A stretch of DNA of 64,000 bases from Vulcanimicrobiota bacterium (GCA_963733295.1 CAVTCS010000003.1:96001-160000), one strand, 5' to 3'. Shown: positions 37,701 to 46,898, counted from the stretch's first letter. Notes: generated by a model not told the origin, from the letters alone. Made by a program: numbers and translations.

Positions 37701-37731
37701 CCCCGCCATCGTGGAGTTCGAGGCTCACCAT
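34720..37731 (-). CDS. Acyltransferase-3 (OafA-like) domain fused to ~600-aa Pro-rich tail
   Basis: AGGAG RBS; YLDGLRSLAIL, GLDLFFVISGF, KRILRIVPTYY, FWSL. Confidence 0.85.
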   Translation of the reverse strand: MVSLELHDGGVLAREEIPSSDVVRERFGYLDGLRSLAILAVLVAEVAKHANLAAHARPEVAAVYRACAHGLDLFFVISGFALAYPILTLVHQEGHTYLDVSRYALKRILRIVPTYYVAIALMVLVPLLATQLSLVPLEGAVPNRGDIVRQALFAGNAIPNDGFWSLALTMRWYVLFPFLVLLWVRWPLIFFGATAAFWILDLFTPAHGAGVGVLPAFMLGILAADIRAQRHRIERLALPLALVAGVIAVYLEPALSALPGAAGQPAIYSINPAWQVALFFLLVGVGFFGVIERVFGLRIFGMLAAASFAISLIADPVTSFLTRQLALHSIGPEGAAANAGAIAIIMGVVFWQVIDRWFSDGNLRERLVDVLSPPLRTLLTLARAANVYYAGRGRLRTLPPADAPAQDEPQTSGFYAPPPRGSGDLAVVMQRTGSPEQLAAEILETKKRLAEQSAALFADPEPEPVVPVREPERPPGFYEHGQRAAAAPLDAPVSIDADPFVAGRALPSYPQLPPAAAAPLPPYVPPPAHSPYASPPPSYAQPAAAAPQPAYAPPPAAPPPAAPYQATIGGFTLAETPHSSAPELEGWLIPKSFDDDFARAITTPQEGPPPEMAGWIPAEEPLPPLNQHAAAQPAQAPPPTAYAPPSAQVPPPAPVRPPGAPVTIHTSISQPPSRPQLTQSPAPPPVAQAPIAPPPPVAQVRIAPPPPVAQVRIAPPPPVAQGPIAPPPPPIAQAPVPPPPAPELAPRFPAPAAPAAASPPFAPPPPAPERAASPPPFGSQPLPPVTPFGTPPPASPPSQPIAMPPTRDDRALPPEYARPEQPAASFGSSMPPETRTQPPSTAAQQSYQEPRFEVPAYSPPAYSAPVSQLAVQPGLVQAESARPESAVPQAPAQAAPPLATPLPLQTAPLPLGPGGIPSLPSFRESQEATADQAVRGAAGAEQKESSSPPFSGSHSPPGQRVTISLRPARPPIRVRIGPSPLSAPPLQAPSSNGKHALDDVIDG
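35569..35688 (-). repeat. 33-bp tandem repeat encoding IAPPPPVAQVR (~4 copies)
   Basis: Unit ttgcgcgaccggcgggggcggagcgatccgcac on +. Confidence 0.85.
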
Positions 37732-37990
37732 GCTCCTGTTGTTATCGGCGGCCCACGTAGGCGAGGTGAACCATACAGCCGAGCAAGCGTGCAGCGTTAC
37801 CGGTTTTTAGGGGACTCGATTCTTTCAGGACCTCCCGCGCGGCCACCCTCCGCGAGAACGCAATGGTGACGGCCCCGGGCTATTGACCCAACGTATCTGG
37901 GACTAGCACACTTTGCGAGTGACGCGCGTCGCAAGCGTTTCGTACATTTCGAAAACTTCACTACTTAACTAAAATTTATCGTAAGCTTGC

Positions 37991-38136
37991 TCGCCCGCCA
38001 AGGGAGTCCCCTTGCGGGGCCCGGGACGGACGTGGGTCGTGCCCGCGGGGGACTCCGTTGCGGAGCCTTGGTATCCGAACACGACGCTGTCGGTCGATCG
38101 TTCCACGCATGCTGCAGTACCTCGCGGATAGGGCGA
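37991..38136. ncRNA. Unidentified structured intergenic element
   Basis: Nested complementary pairs TCGCCC/GGGCGA, CCAAGG/CCTTGG, GGAGTCCCC/GGGGACTCC, TATCCG/CGGATA. Confidence 0.45.
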
Positions 38137-38221
38137 CCTCGAGTACGACGCCAACGGCGGTTATGACGTAAGCAGCTCAGCCGGGACCAAACAGCAACGC
38201 CAGTGCCAGGGTGGTGGCACG

Positions 38222-41200
38222 GTGGCGGCCGATGATGATGACATGAGTCCCGCCTCTTCGGCTGCGCCGCGCTACTCCCCGAGCGATCTCGTCGATTTCC
38301 TGGCTTGCGAGCACCTCGCCGGTCTCAATCGTTTGGTTGCGCAGCGCGAGCTGGAACGTCCCGCGCCCTCACTCGAGGAGCAACTCGTTGCGCGTAAGGG
38401 CGATGCGCACGAAATCGCGTACCTCGAGCGACTGCGAAACGAGGGCCGCGACGTCGTCTCGATCGAGCGTGGCGTCGGTTACGAAGGACAACGCGTCGCC
38501 GCCCTCGCGACGCTCGCTGCGCTGCGCGCGGGAGTCGAAGTCGTACACGGCGCGACCTTTGCCGAAGAAGCCTTCGCGGGCGTCGCGGATTTCCTCGTCC
38601 GCGTCCCGGGTGCGTCGGAATTCGGCGCTTGGCAATACGAAGTCGAAGACGCGAAGTTGGCCCGCCGCGCGCGCGCCGGAACGATCGTGCAACTCTGCGC
38701 GTATTCCGAAGCGCTCGAGCGCCTCCAAGGCGTCGCTCCGGTGTCGATGCATGCAATCCTCGGCGACGGCCGGCGCGAGAGTTTTCGCTACGCCGACTTT
38801 AACGCGCACTATCGTAACGTCGTGGCGCGTTTTCGGGCGCGCTGCGGCGCAGCACTGCCTTATCCGGAACCGGTCGAGGCGTGCAACCGATGCCGTTGGA
38901 GCGAGCGCTGCGAGGCGCGGCGGCGCGTCGACGACCACGTAAGCCTCGTGGCAGGCGTGCGCCGCAGTCAGATGCACAAACTGGCCGAAGCGGGCGTGAC
39001 GACCGTCGCGGCGCTGGCGGAAGCTCCGAGCCTCGTGCCGCGGCGCGGCGTGGAGCTGCGGACGTTCGAGAAGCTTCGCGCGCAGGCACGCCTTCAAGTC
39101 GAGGCCCGCCGGACGGGGCGTCCCGCGTACGAGTTTCTTCCTTTTGAAAAGGATCGTGGCTTCGAGCTGCTCCCCGTCGCCGACGCGGGCGACGTCTACT
39201 TCGATATGGAGGGCGACCCTTTCTACGACGGAGGCAGCCTGGAGTATCTCTTCGGTGTCGCTTACCTCGATGAAGGAACGCGTGAGTTCGCGCCATTCCT
39301 CGGTCACGACCGGGCCGGCGAGAAGAAGGCCTTCGAAGACTTCGTCGACTGGGTCGTCGCGCGCCGCGTTCGCTTTCCCGGCCTGCACGTCTATCACTAC
39401 GCAACGTACGAGGAGACCGCGCTCAAGCGTCTGGCTAGCACGCACGTCACGCGGGAGACGGAAATCGACACGTTCTTGCGCGAAGGTGTGCTGGTCGATC
39501 TCTACGAGGTCGTACGCCAATCGTTGCGCGCGTCGTTCGAAAGCCTTTCCCTCAAGAAGATCGAGCAGTTCTACCGCGGCGAACGCGCAGCCGGCGTCAC
39601 GAGCGCGATGGGCTCGGTCGTGGCCTACGAAGGGTATCTGGAAACGCACGACGAGCACGAGCTCGAGCGCATCATCGCGTACAACCGCGACGATTGCAAC
39701 TCGACGCTCGAGTTGCATCGCTGGCTGCTGGAGCGAAGAGCCGAAGCCGAGGAGTCGCAGGACGTCGCGCTTCCGTGGCGGCCGGCGATTCCACCCGAAC
39801 CCGAAAGAAACGATCCCGAACTCGACGGTCTTGCCGCGCAACTGGCGAGCGGTGTCGACGACCCCGAGCGTGCCGAGACCGACGATCGCGCGCGCTGGCT
39901 CGCGGCGCAGCTTCTGGTCTATCATCGGCGCGAAGCCAAACCCGAGTGGTGGGCCTATTTCGAGCGCATGCGCCGGAAAATGCTCGAAGATCTGGTCGAG
40001 GATCGGCAGTCGATCGGAAATCTCCGTTCGAGCGGCGAGCCGCCCCGGCCCCTGGACCGATCGCTGGCGCACGTGCTCCTCTTCGACCCGCAAGAGCACA
40101 AGCTGAAAGCCGGGATGCACGTTCACGATCGCTTGACGGGAAAGGGCGCCGGAGAGATCCTGGCGCTCGACGATCTCAACGGCCGCCTGACGCTCAAGCG
40201 AGGTCCATCGCTGAGCGAGGTCCCGTTGCCCCTGGCGATCTGCGCGGCCGGCCCGCTCAACAACGACAAACAGCGCGACGCGCTTCTGCGCTTCGGGCGG
40301 GCCTACGCGAACGACGGGGCGCGAACGCGCTATCGCGCCCTCCGCGATCTCTTGCGCGCCGATTCGCCACGCGTTCTGGGGCTCGCGCCGGGCGAGCAAC
40401 TCGACGACGGCGATACCTCGCCCGCTAAGCTGGCAGCACTCGCGGCCCGTCTGGACGAGAGCTATCTTTTCGTGCAAGGTCCGCCGGGCTCGGGCAAGAC
40501 CTACACCGGGGCGCGCGCGATCGTCAAGCTGCTCGCGGCCGGGATGCGTGTCGGCGTTTCGGCGACGAGCCACAAAGCAATCCACAATATGCTCCGCGAG
40601 ATCGAGCGCGCCGCGGGAGAGCAGCGCTTCGAGTTTGCCGGCATGAAGAAAAGCTCGGCGGCCCACGCGGACAGCGCCTACGAATCGGAATCGGGGTTCA
40701 TCGATTGCAGCGACGACGTAGCCGATTGTTTGCCCAGCGGGCGCATCAGCCTCGTTGCGGGAACGGCCTGGCTCTTCGCAAACGGCCAACTCGACGGTTC
40801 GCTCGACGCGCTCGTCATCGACGAAGCCGGTCAGGTCGCCCTCGCCGACGCGATCGCGATGGGAACTTCGGCGCGCAACCTGATCTTGCTCGGCGATCCG
40901 ATGCAGTTGGCGCAAGTTTCTCAGGGAAATCATCCCGCATTCGCGGGGACTTCGGTACTCGAGCACCTCTTGGGAGAAAACACGGCGACGGTCTTGCCGA
41001 GTCGCGGCCTGTTCCTGCCGCGTACCTACCGCATGCATCCCGAGATCTGTCGCTTCGTTTCGGAACTTTCATACGACGGGCGGCTCGTTGCGGCGCCGGG
41101 CTGCGCGCAGCAACGCGTCGCGCCGCGAGCCGGCGCGGCGCTGCTCGGTGGTGCGGGTCTGCGCTACCTCGCGGTCGAGCATGAGGGGAACGTGCAATCC

Positions 41201-41698
41201 TCGCCGGAGGAGGCCGATGCGATCGTAGACGCGGTCAACGACTTCGCGGGCGGCAGCGTCATCGACTCGAACGGTGACGAGTCGGTTCTCGATCAGCACC
41301 ACATTCTCGTCGTCACGCCGTACAACGCCCAGGTGAAGGTTTTGCGCGAAAAGCTGGACGCCGCAGGTTTGGCGGGCGTTCGCGTCGGGACCGTCGACAA
41401 ATTTCAGGGACAAGAGGCGCCGGTCGTGTTCTTCTCGATGACTTCCTCGCGCGGCGACGACCTGCCGCGCGGCCTCGAGTTTCTCTTCGATCGCAACCGT
41501 CTCAACGTCGCCGTTTCGCGCGCTCGTGCGCTCGCAGTCCTGGTCTGCACGCCGACGCTGCTCGATACTCACGGCAGCAGCGTCGAACAACTCCGCATGC
41601 TCAACGCGGTTTGCCGCTTCGTCGAATCGAGTGGAGGCCTTTCGCTCTTGCCAGGAAGGGAGCCGGAACTTGCGAACGCGCTCGGAGCGGGCGATTAG
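38222..41698 (+). CDS. TM0106-family RecB-like nuclease + RNase H-like + SF1 (DNA2/NAM7-like) helicase
   Basis: GVADFL...EDAK, YFDMEGDP, YNRDDC, QGPPGSGKT, IDEAGQ, GTVDKFQGQEA, NRLNVAVSRA; start 38222 or 38243. Confidence 0.92.
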   Translation: MAADDDDMSPASSAAPRYSPSDLVDFLACEHLAGLNRLVAQRELERPAPSLEEQLVARKGDAHEIAYLERLRNEGRDVVSIERGVGYEGQRVAALATLAALRAGVEVVHGATFAEEAFAGVADFLVRVPGASEFGAWQYEVEDAKLARRARAGTIVQLCAYSEALERLQGVAPVSMHAILGDGRRESFRYADFNAHYRNVVARFRARCGAALPYPEPVEACNRCRWSERCEARRRVDDHVSLVAGVRRSQMHKLAEAGVTTVAALAEAPSLVPRRGVELRTFEKLRAQARLQVEARRTGRPAYEFLPFEKDRGFELLPVADAGDVYFDMEGDPFYDGGSLEYLFGVAYLDEGTREFAPFLGHDRAGEKKAFEDFVDWVVARRVRFPGLHVYHYATYEETALKRLASTHVTRETEIDTFLREGVLVDLYEVVRQSLRASFESLSLKKIEQFYRGERAAGVTSAMGSVVAYEGYLETHDEHELERIIAYNRDDCNSTLELHRWLLERRAEAEESQDVALPWRPAIPPEPERNDPELDGLAAQLASGVDDPERAETDDRARWLAAQLLVYHRREAKPEWWAYFERMRRKMLEDLVEDRQSIGNLRSSGEPPRPLDRSLAHVLLFDPQEHKLKAGMHVHDRLTGKGAGEILALDDLNGRLTLKRGPSLSEVPLPLAICAAGPLNNDKQRDALLRFGRAYANDGARTRYRALRDLLRADSPRVLGLAPGEQLDDGDTSPAKLAALAARLDESYLFVQGPPGSGKTYTGARAIVKLLAAGMRVGVSATSHKAIHNMLREIERAAGEQRFEFAGMKKSSAAHADSAYESESGFIDCSDDVADCLPSGRISLVAGTAWLFANGQLDGSLDALVIDEAGQVALADAIAMGTSARNLILLGDPMQLAQVSQGNHPAFAGTSVLEHLLGENTATVLPSRGLFLPRTYRMHPEICRFVSELSYDGRLVAAPGCAQQRVAPRAGAALLGGAGLRYLAVEHEGNVQSSPEEADAIVDAVNDFAGGSVIDSNGDESVLDQHHILVVTPYNAQVKVLREKLDAAGLAGVRVGTVDKFQGQEAPVVFFSMTSSRGDDLPRGLEFLFDRNRLNVAVSRARALAVLVCTPTLLDTHGSSVEQLRMLNAVCRFVESSGGLSLLPGREPELANALGAGD

Positions 41699-41761
41699 CT
41701 CAGCTGGGAGAGCAGCACCCTTACAAGGTGAAGGTCGGCGGTTCGAACCCGTCATCGCCCA
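41689..41761 (+). tRNA. tRNA-Val (TAC)
   Basis: GGGCGAT/ATCGCCC acceptor stem, D arm GCTC/GAGC, anticodon loop CTTACAA, TTCGAAC T-loop; CCA not encoded. Confidence 0.96.
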
Positions 41762-41918
41762 CATGCGTGCGCTTCGTTTCGCGGCGACCGGCCTCGGGCG
41801 CGATCCCAGTCCGAGCAAGGCGGGGCCCGCCCGCCGTGCCCCTAGACGGCGAGTTTCGCGGCGCTAAATAAACGGGCCGAACCGCGAAACTTTGGAGGCC
41901 GTTGCCTGTAAACTACGC

Positions 41919-44144
41919 GTGCCACGTCTTCTGGCGTCCGCGCTCTTTGCGGTATGGTTCTTAACCTTCCCGGCGATCGTACGCGCGTCGATGGCGCCCG
42001 GGCAGAGCGTGAAGGCCGTGAAGACGGCGACGGCGCCCCCCCAGGATGCCGCACTGACCGATCCGGTCTGGTCGACTGCCCTGCGTGCCACGGATTTCGA
42101 GAACGCGACGACGCGAGAACCCGCGCGGAACGCCACGACCGCACTCCTGCTGTACGACGATAAAAACCTGTACGTGGGGTTCATCGTCGAGCAGAAGGAC
42201 GTGCCGCTCACGGCCACTCAGCACACCAATGACATCGGTTATGGTGTCGACGACGAGGTGTCGGTGTCCATCGACTCGAGTGGTAGTAATTCGCGTCTGT
42301 ACGGCTTCACATCGACTCCGATCGGCGTGCGCTACGAATACTCTTCGGAGTCGTCCAGATACCAGCCGACGTGGACGACCCTGGTCACGACGACCAAGGA
42401 CGGCTACAACGTCATGATGACCATTCCGTTATCCGACATGCGGATAGGAAACGGCAAATCTCAGCGTTGGCGTATTAATTTCAGCCGTTACATCGGCGCG
42501 AAAAACGAACTGCTCACCTGGGCCTACGACGCCGGCTCGACCTCGTACTGCTCGAACAACTCGTACGGGCCCACGATCTACTGCGATTCGACGCGTTGGC
42601 CGGTCCTCACCGATATCTCCCTCGCGAGCGTCTCAAAAGCGCCACCTCCGTACGCCGATGTCTACGCGCTCGGGAGTGCCGGCGGCGATAGGGATGTCTT
42701 CGAAACGACGCCACAGCAGTTTACGACGCAGACCGTGCGCCATTTCGGGCTCGATGCGACGGTCCCGTTTACGCCCTCGATGGCCGCCGTGGTTGCGCTG
42801 GCCCCGGACTTCTCGAACGTGGAAACCGACCAGGTGACGATTGCACCGCAAGAGTTCGCGATACAGTATACGGAGTACCGGCCGTTTTTCGCGCAAGGTT
42901 CGAACTACATCAACTCCGTCGGTGGTTTCAGCGTCAACGGCCCCTCGGATCTGCTGTTCTATTCTCCTTCGCTCGGCATCGTCGATTACGGCGCCAAAGT
43001 CGAGGGGACGGCGGGCAAAAATATCGTCGGCGTCCTCGACACGAAAGGCGAAGGCTTCAACGATCAAGCCTTCGGATACACCTTTCAAGAACCCGACGGC
43101 ACGCTGTCCCTCTCACTCCAGGGCGTGAACGCGAACCATCCGGACGTCACGGACCATACGATCGGGTTCGGCGGATCCTATCAGAATCTGCACTCGGGCT
43201 TTCAGCCCATCTTGATTTACGAACAAGAGACGGGCACGTTGGTCAACGCCAGCAATCTTGCGCATTTGCTCAACGTCGGGGAAGTCACCAACCACGGCCT
43301 ATGGCAAACCGGCTTTGTCTATCGCGACGTCGGCCCGGAGTTTAATCCCGCCGATGGGTTCACGGCCATCAACGACATCCGCGGTCCCCAGGGATTCGCC
43401 GTCTACACGGGCCTCGCGAATCAACAGAGCATCATCAAGTCGTACCGGCTCTCGGTCGTCTTAGACCGGTTCGTGGATCGGAGCGGCGCCGCGCACCAGA
43501 TCGACACCAACGAAGCGGCTTCGGTCCTGTTCAAGAACCTGCTCAGGGTCGGGTTTAACACGGACGCGAGCGAACTTCGCACCTACGAGGAAGCGTATCC
43601 GTTTTATACCAACGGGCAAAACGTTGCGTTCGACACCAATGCATTGACTCTGAACTACCGCGATGGAACGCCCTCGCCGACCGACTTCACGTATTCGTTC
43701 GGGCCCTTTGCCGTGAGCTGCGAGGGTCTCCCGGCCTTCCCGGCCCCGTGCGCCGACGCCGTGAACACCTTCACGCCGGCCTATACCCAGCAGTTCAACT
43801 TGACCACGACGCGCACGTTTGCCGGAGGACTGGCGGCTACGGCCGAGTATGCCGGGACGATCGAGCGGCCGTTCGTCGGTACCATGGATTCGCAATTCTT
43901 GCGGAAGATCTCGTTGACTCGCGCACTCGGCGCCGATTCGCAAGTTGCGCTCAGCCTTGGAACGATCAACGGTCAAGGCGGCTTCGCGGCGCCAGGCACG
44001 AACCTCGCCGTTGAGTATCACAGACGCTTTAAGAATCAGAGCCAACTCTATTTCGAATACGGCAGTCCGGCCTCGTACCATACCCTGCAGCGTTTTATTC
44101 TCAAGTACGTCTATCACATCGGGGCGGGCGGCTCAGGGACCTGA
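41919..44144 (+). CDS. CBM9-like/DUF5916-type outer-membrane protein
   Basis: Signal peptide; YDDKNLYVGF, WRINFSRY, PDFSNVETD, EYRPFFAQG; beta-strand-rich C-terminus. Confidence 0.75.
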   Translation: MPRLLASALFAVWFLTFPAIVRASMAPGQSVKAVKTATAPPQDAALTDPVWSTALRATDFENATTREPARNATTALLLYDDKNLYVGFIVEQKDVPLTATQHTNDIGYGVDDEVSVSIDSSGSNSRLYGFTSTPIGVRYEYSSESSRYQPTWTTLVTTTKDGYNVMMTIPLSDMRIGNGKSQRWRINFSRYIGAKNELLTWAYDAGSTSYCSNNSYGPTIYCDSTRWPVLTDISLASVSKAPPPYADVYALGSAGGDRDVFETTPQQFTTQTVRHFGLDATVPFTPSMAAVVALAPDFSNVETDQVTIAPQEFAIQYTEYRPFFAQGSNYINSVGGFSVNGPSDLLFYSPSLGIVDYGAKVEGTAGKNIVGVLDTKGEGFNDQAFGYTFQEPDGTLSLSLQGVNANHPDVTDHTIGFGGSYQNLHSGFQPILIYEQETGTLVNASNLAHLLNVGEVTNHGLWQTGFVYRDVGPEFNPADGFTAINDIRGPQGFAVYTGLANQQSIIKSYRLSVVLDRFVDRSGAAHQIDTNEAASVLFKNLLRVGFNTDASELRTYEEAYPFYTNGQNVAFDTNALTLNYRDGTPSPTDFTYSFGPFAVSCEGLPAFPAPCADAVNTFTPAYTQQFNLTTTRTFAGGLAATAEYAGTIERPFVGTMDSQFLRKISLTRALGADSQVALSLGTINGQGGFAAPGTNLAVEYHRRFKNQSQLYFEYGSPASYHTLQRFILKYVYHIGAGGSGT

Positions 44145-44200
44145 GCCGGCCACGGGAATTTGCAGGCGGCGCGGCGACTATCCGGAGTTGAGCCGATCCT

Positions 44201-44947
44201 GTGATTGACCGTTTCGTTCTGTTGGCGCTGCTTTCCAGTTTGCTCGCGTTTTCGCTGCCGTCGGTGGCGAGCGCCGGGCCACCCTTCGTCACTGACGATC
44301 CGGTGCCGACCGAGTACCGCAACTGGGAGATCTACACCGGATTTCAGTACCAAAACCAGTGCTGCGGCGTCGTCACGGCCAGCGTTCCCTTTGTCGAATT
44401 CAACTACGGCGCGATGCCCAACGTGCAGGTTTCGATAACGCTTCCATTCGAGCACAACGACACGACGACCGGACCGGCAAACGGCTATGGAACGACCGAG
44501 TTCGGGATCAAGACGCGTTTCGTTCAAGAGTCGGACGACCGTCCGCAAATAGCGTTTTATCCGAGCGTGCAGATTCCGACGGCGGTGGGCGAACACGTCG
44601 TGACGTTCCTGCCGCTCTGGCTTCAAAAGAGTTGGGGTCCGTGGACGGCGTATGGCGGCGGTGGCGTTTACCTCAACGCCGGCCCCGGCGACCGCAACTC
44701 CACGTTCGTCGGAGGCACGCTCGAACGCGCGATTTCACCGGCCACGACGATCGGCGCCGAAATCTATCGCCAGGGACCGCAAGAAATCGGCGCTCTGGAC
44801 ATGACCGCCGCGAACGTCGGCATGACGGCGCAGATCGGCGCCTATCATGCAATCCTCTTTTCATTCGGACGCGCGTTCCACGGGAACAACACGTTTTCGG
44901 CCTACGGAAGTTACGAGTTCGAGCTCGGTCCCCAAAAGCCGAGGTAA
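44201..44947 (+). CDS. Putative outer-membrane beta-barrel transporter
   Basis: Signal peptide; GPPFVTDDP, EFNYG, FLPLWLQKSWGPW. Confidence 0.75.
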   Translation: MIDRFVLLALLSSLLAFSLPSVASAGPPFVTDDPVPTEYRNWEIYTGFQYQNQCCGVVTASVPFVEFNYGAMPNVQVSITLPFEHNDTTTGPANGYGTTEFGIKTRFVQESDDRPQIAFYPSVQIPTAVGEHVVTFLPLWLQKSWGPWTAYGGGGVYLNAGPGDRNSTFVGGTLERAISPATTIGAEIYRQGPQEIGALDMTAANVGMTAQIGAYHAILFSFGRAFHGNNTFSAYGSYEFELGPQKPR

Positions 44948-45837
44948 GGGCGCCCCGAGGAAAACGAAGCGGCGATTACCGCACCGACTCTCGCGAGCGC
45001 GGCGTTGCGTCCCTCGTAGCTGAGGCCGCTCGCGCCGGTCAGGTAGGCCGTCACGATGAGTGGCGCGAGATGCGGACGGCGGAAGATCGCGACGTCGTTC
45101 TGCGTACCGTTAGCGCCCGAACCGCTCTTGTCGCCCGGGATCCATCCGGCCGGCACGCCGGCGCGCAACGCCTTGAGTCCGGTCTTGCAGTGGCGCATCC
45201 ATCCTTCGAGCATACCCGACGAGGCCGCGTTCAGGACATCGTTCGTCGTCAAGAGGATCGCCAGATCGCTTGCCATCTGCGCGGGAGCGGTCGTGTCGCG
45301 CGGATCTCCGGGGATCGCCGAGTTTAGCGCCGGCTCGGTCCGGTCCAACCGCGTCGTCGCATCGTCGAAGGGCCGGGCTCTCACGAAAGCCGTGACCGCT
45401 TCGGGTCCGCCGAGCGTGCGAAGCAAGAGGTTGGCGGCGGTGTTATCGCTCAGTACGATCGCCGCCGAGCACAGCTCTTCGACCGTCATCGATCCCTCTG
45501 CCACGTGCGCCGTGGTGACCGGTGCGTATTCCAGCAGATCGCTCTTACCGAAGGGTACGCGCCGGTCGAGTTGCTCCTGACCGCGATCGACGCGTTGCAG
45601 CACCGCGCCGACGGCGAGTACTTTAAACGTACTGCACATCGGAAAACGCTCGCCGGCGCGGTACGCGACCGTGCGGCCGTCCCCCGTATCGCGCGCGTAG
45701 ACGCCGAGCCTTCCGTTCGTATCCTTTTCGATTGCGGCCAGACTGTGTGCCGGATCGTCTTGCGCTTCTGCCTGCGCGAAAAGATCGCTTCCGGCGAGTG
45801 CCACGGCGCCCATCGAGAGAAACGTGCTGCGAAGCAA
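44911..45837 (-). CDS. bla: Class A beta-lactamase
   Basis: FPMCSTFK (SxxK), SDN, DRTEPALN (E166/N170), DKSG. Confidence 0.93.
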   Translation of the reverse strand: MLRSTFLSMGAVALAGSDLFAQAEAQDDPAHSLAAIEKDTNGRLGVYARDTGDGRTVAYRAGERFPMCSTFKVLAVGAVLQRVDRGQEQLDRRVPFGKSDLLEYAPVTTAHVAEGSMTVEELCSAAIVLSDNTAANLLLRTLGGPEAVTAFVRARPFDDATTRLDRTEPALNSAIPGDPRDTTAPAQMASDLAILLTTNDVLNAASSGMLEGWMRHCKTGLKALRAGVPAGWIPGDKSGSGANGTQNDVAIFRRPHLAPLIVTAYLTGASGLSYEGRNAALARVGAVIAASFSSGRPYLGFWGPSSNS

Positions 45838-46284
45838 CTAGTTCGCCGCCGGCCCTTTGGGAGCATCGAGGGCGGCGTTGATCGCGGCTTCCCAATGCGC
45901 CCCTTCGTGCGGAAAGTGCTGCGCAAAATCGGTGAGTCCCGGGATGGCGCTCGGGTCCAGTGCGGTGCGGGTGTAGGTAACCGTCGCGACGCTCGAGCCC
46001 AAGTCGACCGGCTCGACGTCGATGTCGATCGTGGTAAGCGTGGTCGAGCGGAACGTCACGTAACGAATGATGCGCCGCTCGGGCTCGTACCGGTCCAAGA
46101 GCCACGTGCCCCGGCCGTGCTCGTCGTCGGCCGTAAAGACGAGTCCCGCGGCGACGCGACCCTCTCCTAGTAACGCCGGCCGCCAACCCGGCGCCCAAAG
46201 CGCCTCATTGACGGGATCGAACATCGGAAAAGCGCGCTCTGCTGCAGCGCGCAGATGAAGCGTAATCGAAGCACTCACCGTCAT
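45838..46284 (-). CDS. Hypothetical SRPBCC-like protein
   Basis: AFPMFDPVNEALWAPGW, ATVTYTRTAL; ATG overlaps the TetR stop. Confidence 0.7.
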   Translation of the reverse strand: MTVSASITLHLRAAAERAFPMFDPVNEALWAPGWRPALLGEGRVAAGLVFTADDEHGRGTWLLDRYEPERRIIRYVTFRSTTLTTIDIDVEPVDLGSSVATVTYTRTALDPSAIPGLTDFAQHFPHEGAHWEAAINAALDAPKGPAAN

Positions 46285-46898
46285 TGCTCGCTCGTCAGGT
46301 CGGAGAGTAGGAGCCTCGCGGCAGACTGAAAGCGCCGGCCATCCTCGAACGCGCGCGCGACGAGCATCGCGCCCTCGAGGGCCGTAACGAATGCCCGCGC
46401 GCGCTGCCGCACCGAGCCCGCGAAGCGGAGATCCCCCGCCCGCCGCCCCTCTTCGAACACCGTCGCGAGCCATGTCTCGTTGGCGTCGAAGAAAGTGCGC
46501 AACTCGTCCTGCATCGGTCCTGGAAGCGTTGCGTACTCGGCCGCGAGCATTCCGCACAAACACATCCGGTTGCGGCGCATGACCGAATCGTAGAGCGCCA
46601 CGTAGCGGCGCAGCTTCTCAGGTGCAACCTTCGTCCGACGGTCGATAGCGTCGAGTTCCGAGTCGAACGCGACGTGGTACCGAGCGATCAAGGCACGTCC
46701 GAGAGCCGCTTTCGTCGCGAAGTGATAGTGCAGGCTCGCCTTCGTGACCGCCAGCTCGCTCGCGATATCGGCGTAGCTGAACCCGTTGAATCCTCGCGTC
46801 TGAGCCAGCTGTTCGGCGATGTCGAGGATGCGTTGAGCGGCCGGACTTTCATTTGCCGGGAGCACAGCGCTGGACTTTATCGTCATGGGCCTTGACAT
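46281..46898 (-). CDS. TetR/AcrR regulator (NemR-like)
   Basis: GFNGFSYADIA...KASLHYHFATK, MCLCGMLAAE; start 46898 or 46886. Confidence 0.92.
   Translation of the reverse strand: MSRPMTIKSSAVLPANESPAAQRILDIAEQLAQTRGFNGFSYADIASELAVTKASLHYHFATKAALGRALIARYHVAFDSELDAIDRRTKVAPEKLRRYVALYDSVMRRNRMCLCGMLAAEYATLPGPMQDELRTFFDANETWLATVFEEGRRAGDLRFAGSVRQRARAFVTALEGAMLVARAFEDGRRFQSAARLLLSDLTSEQ

Noticed and set aside
38369..41038. 889-aa minus ORF, and similar long antisense ORFs (33201-34733, 28217-29023, 5553-6659)
   Set aside because: Shadows of well-supported genes in GC-rich DNA; no motifs.
41689..44947. tRNA-anchored genomic island
   Set aside because: No integrase and no duplicated tRNA 3' end seen in the window.
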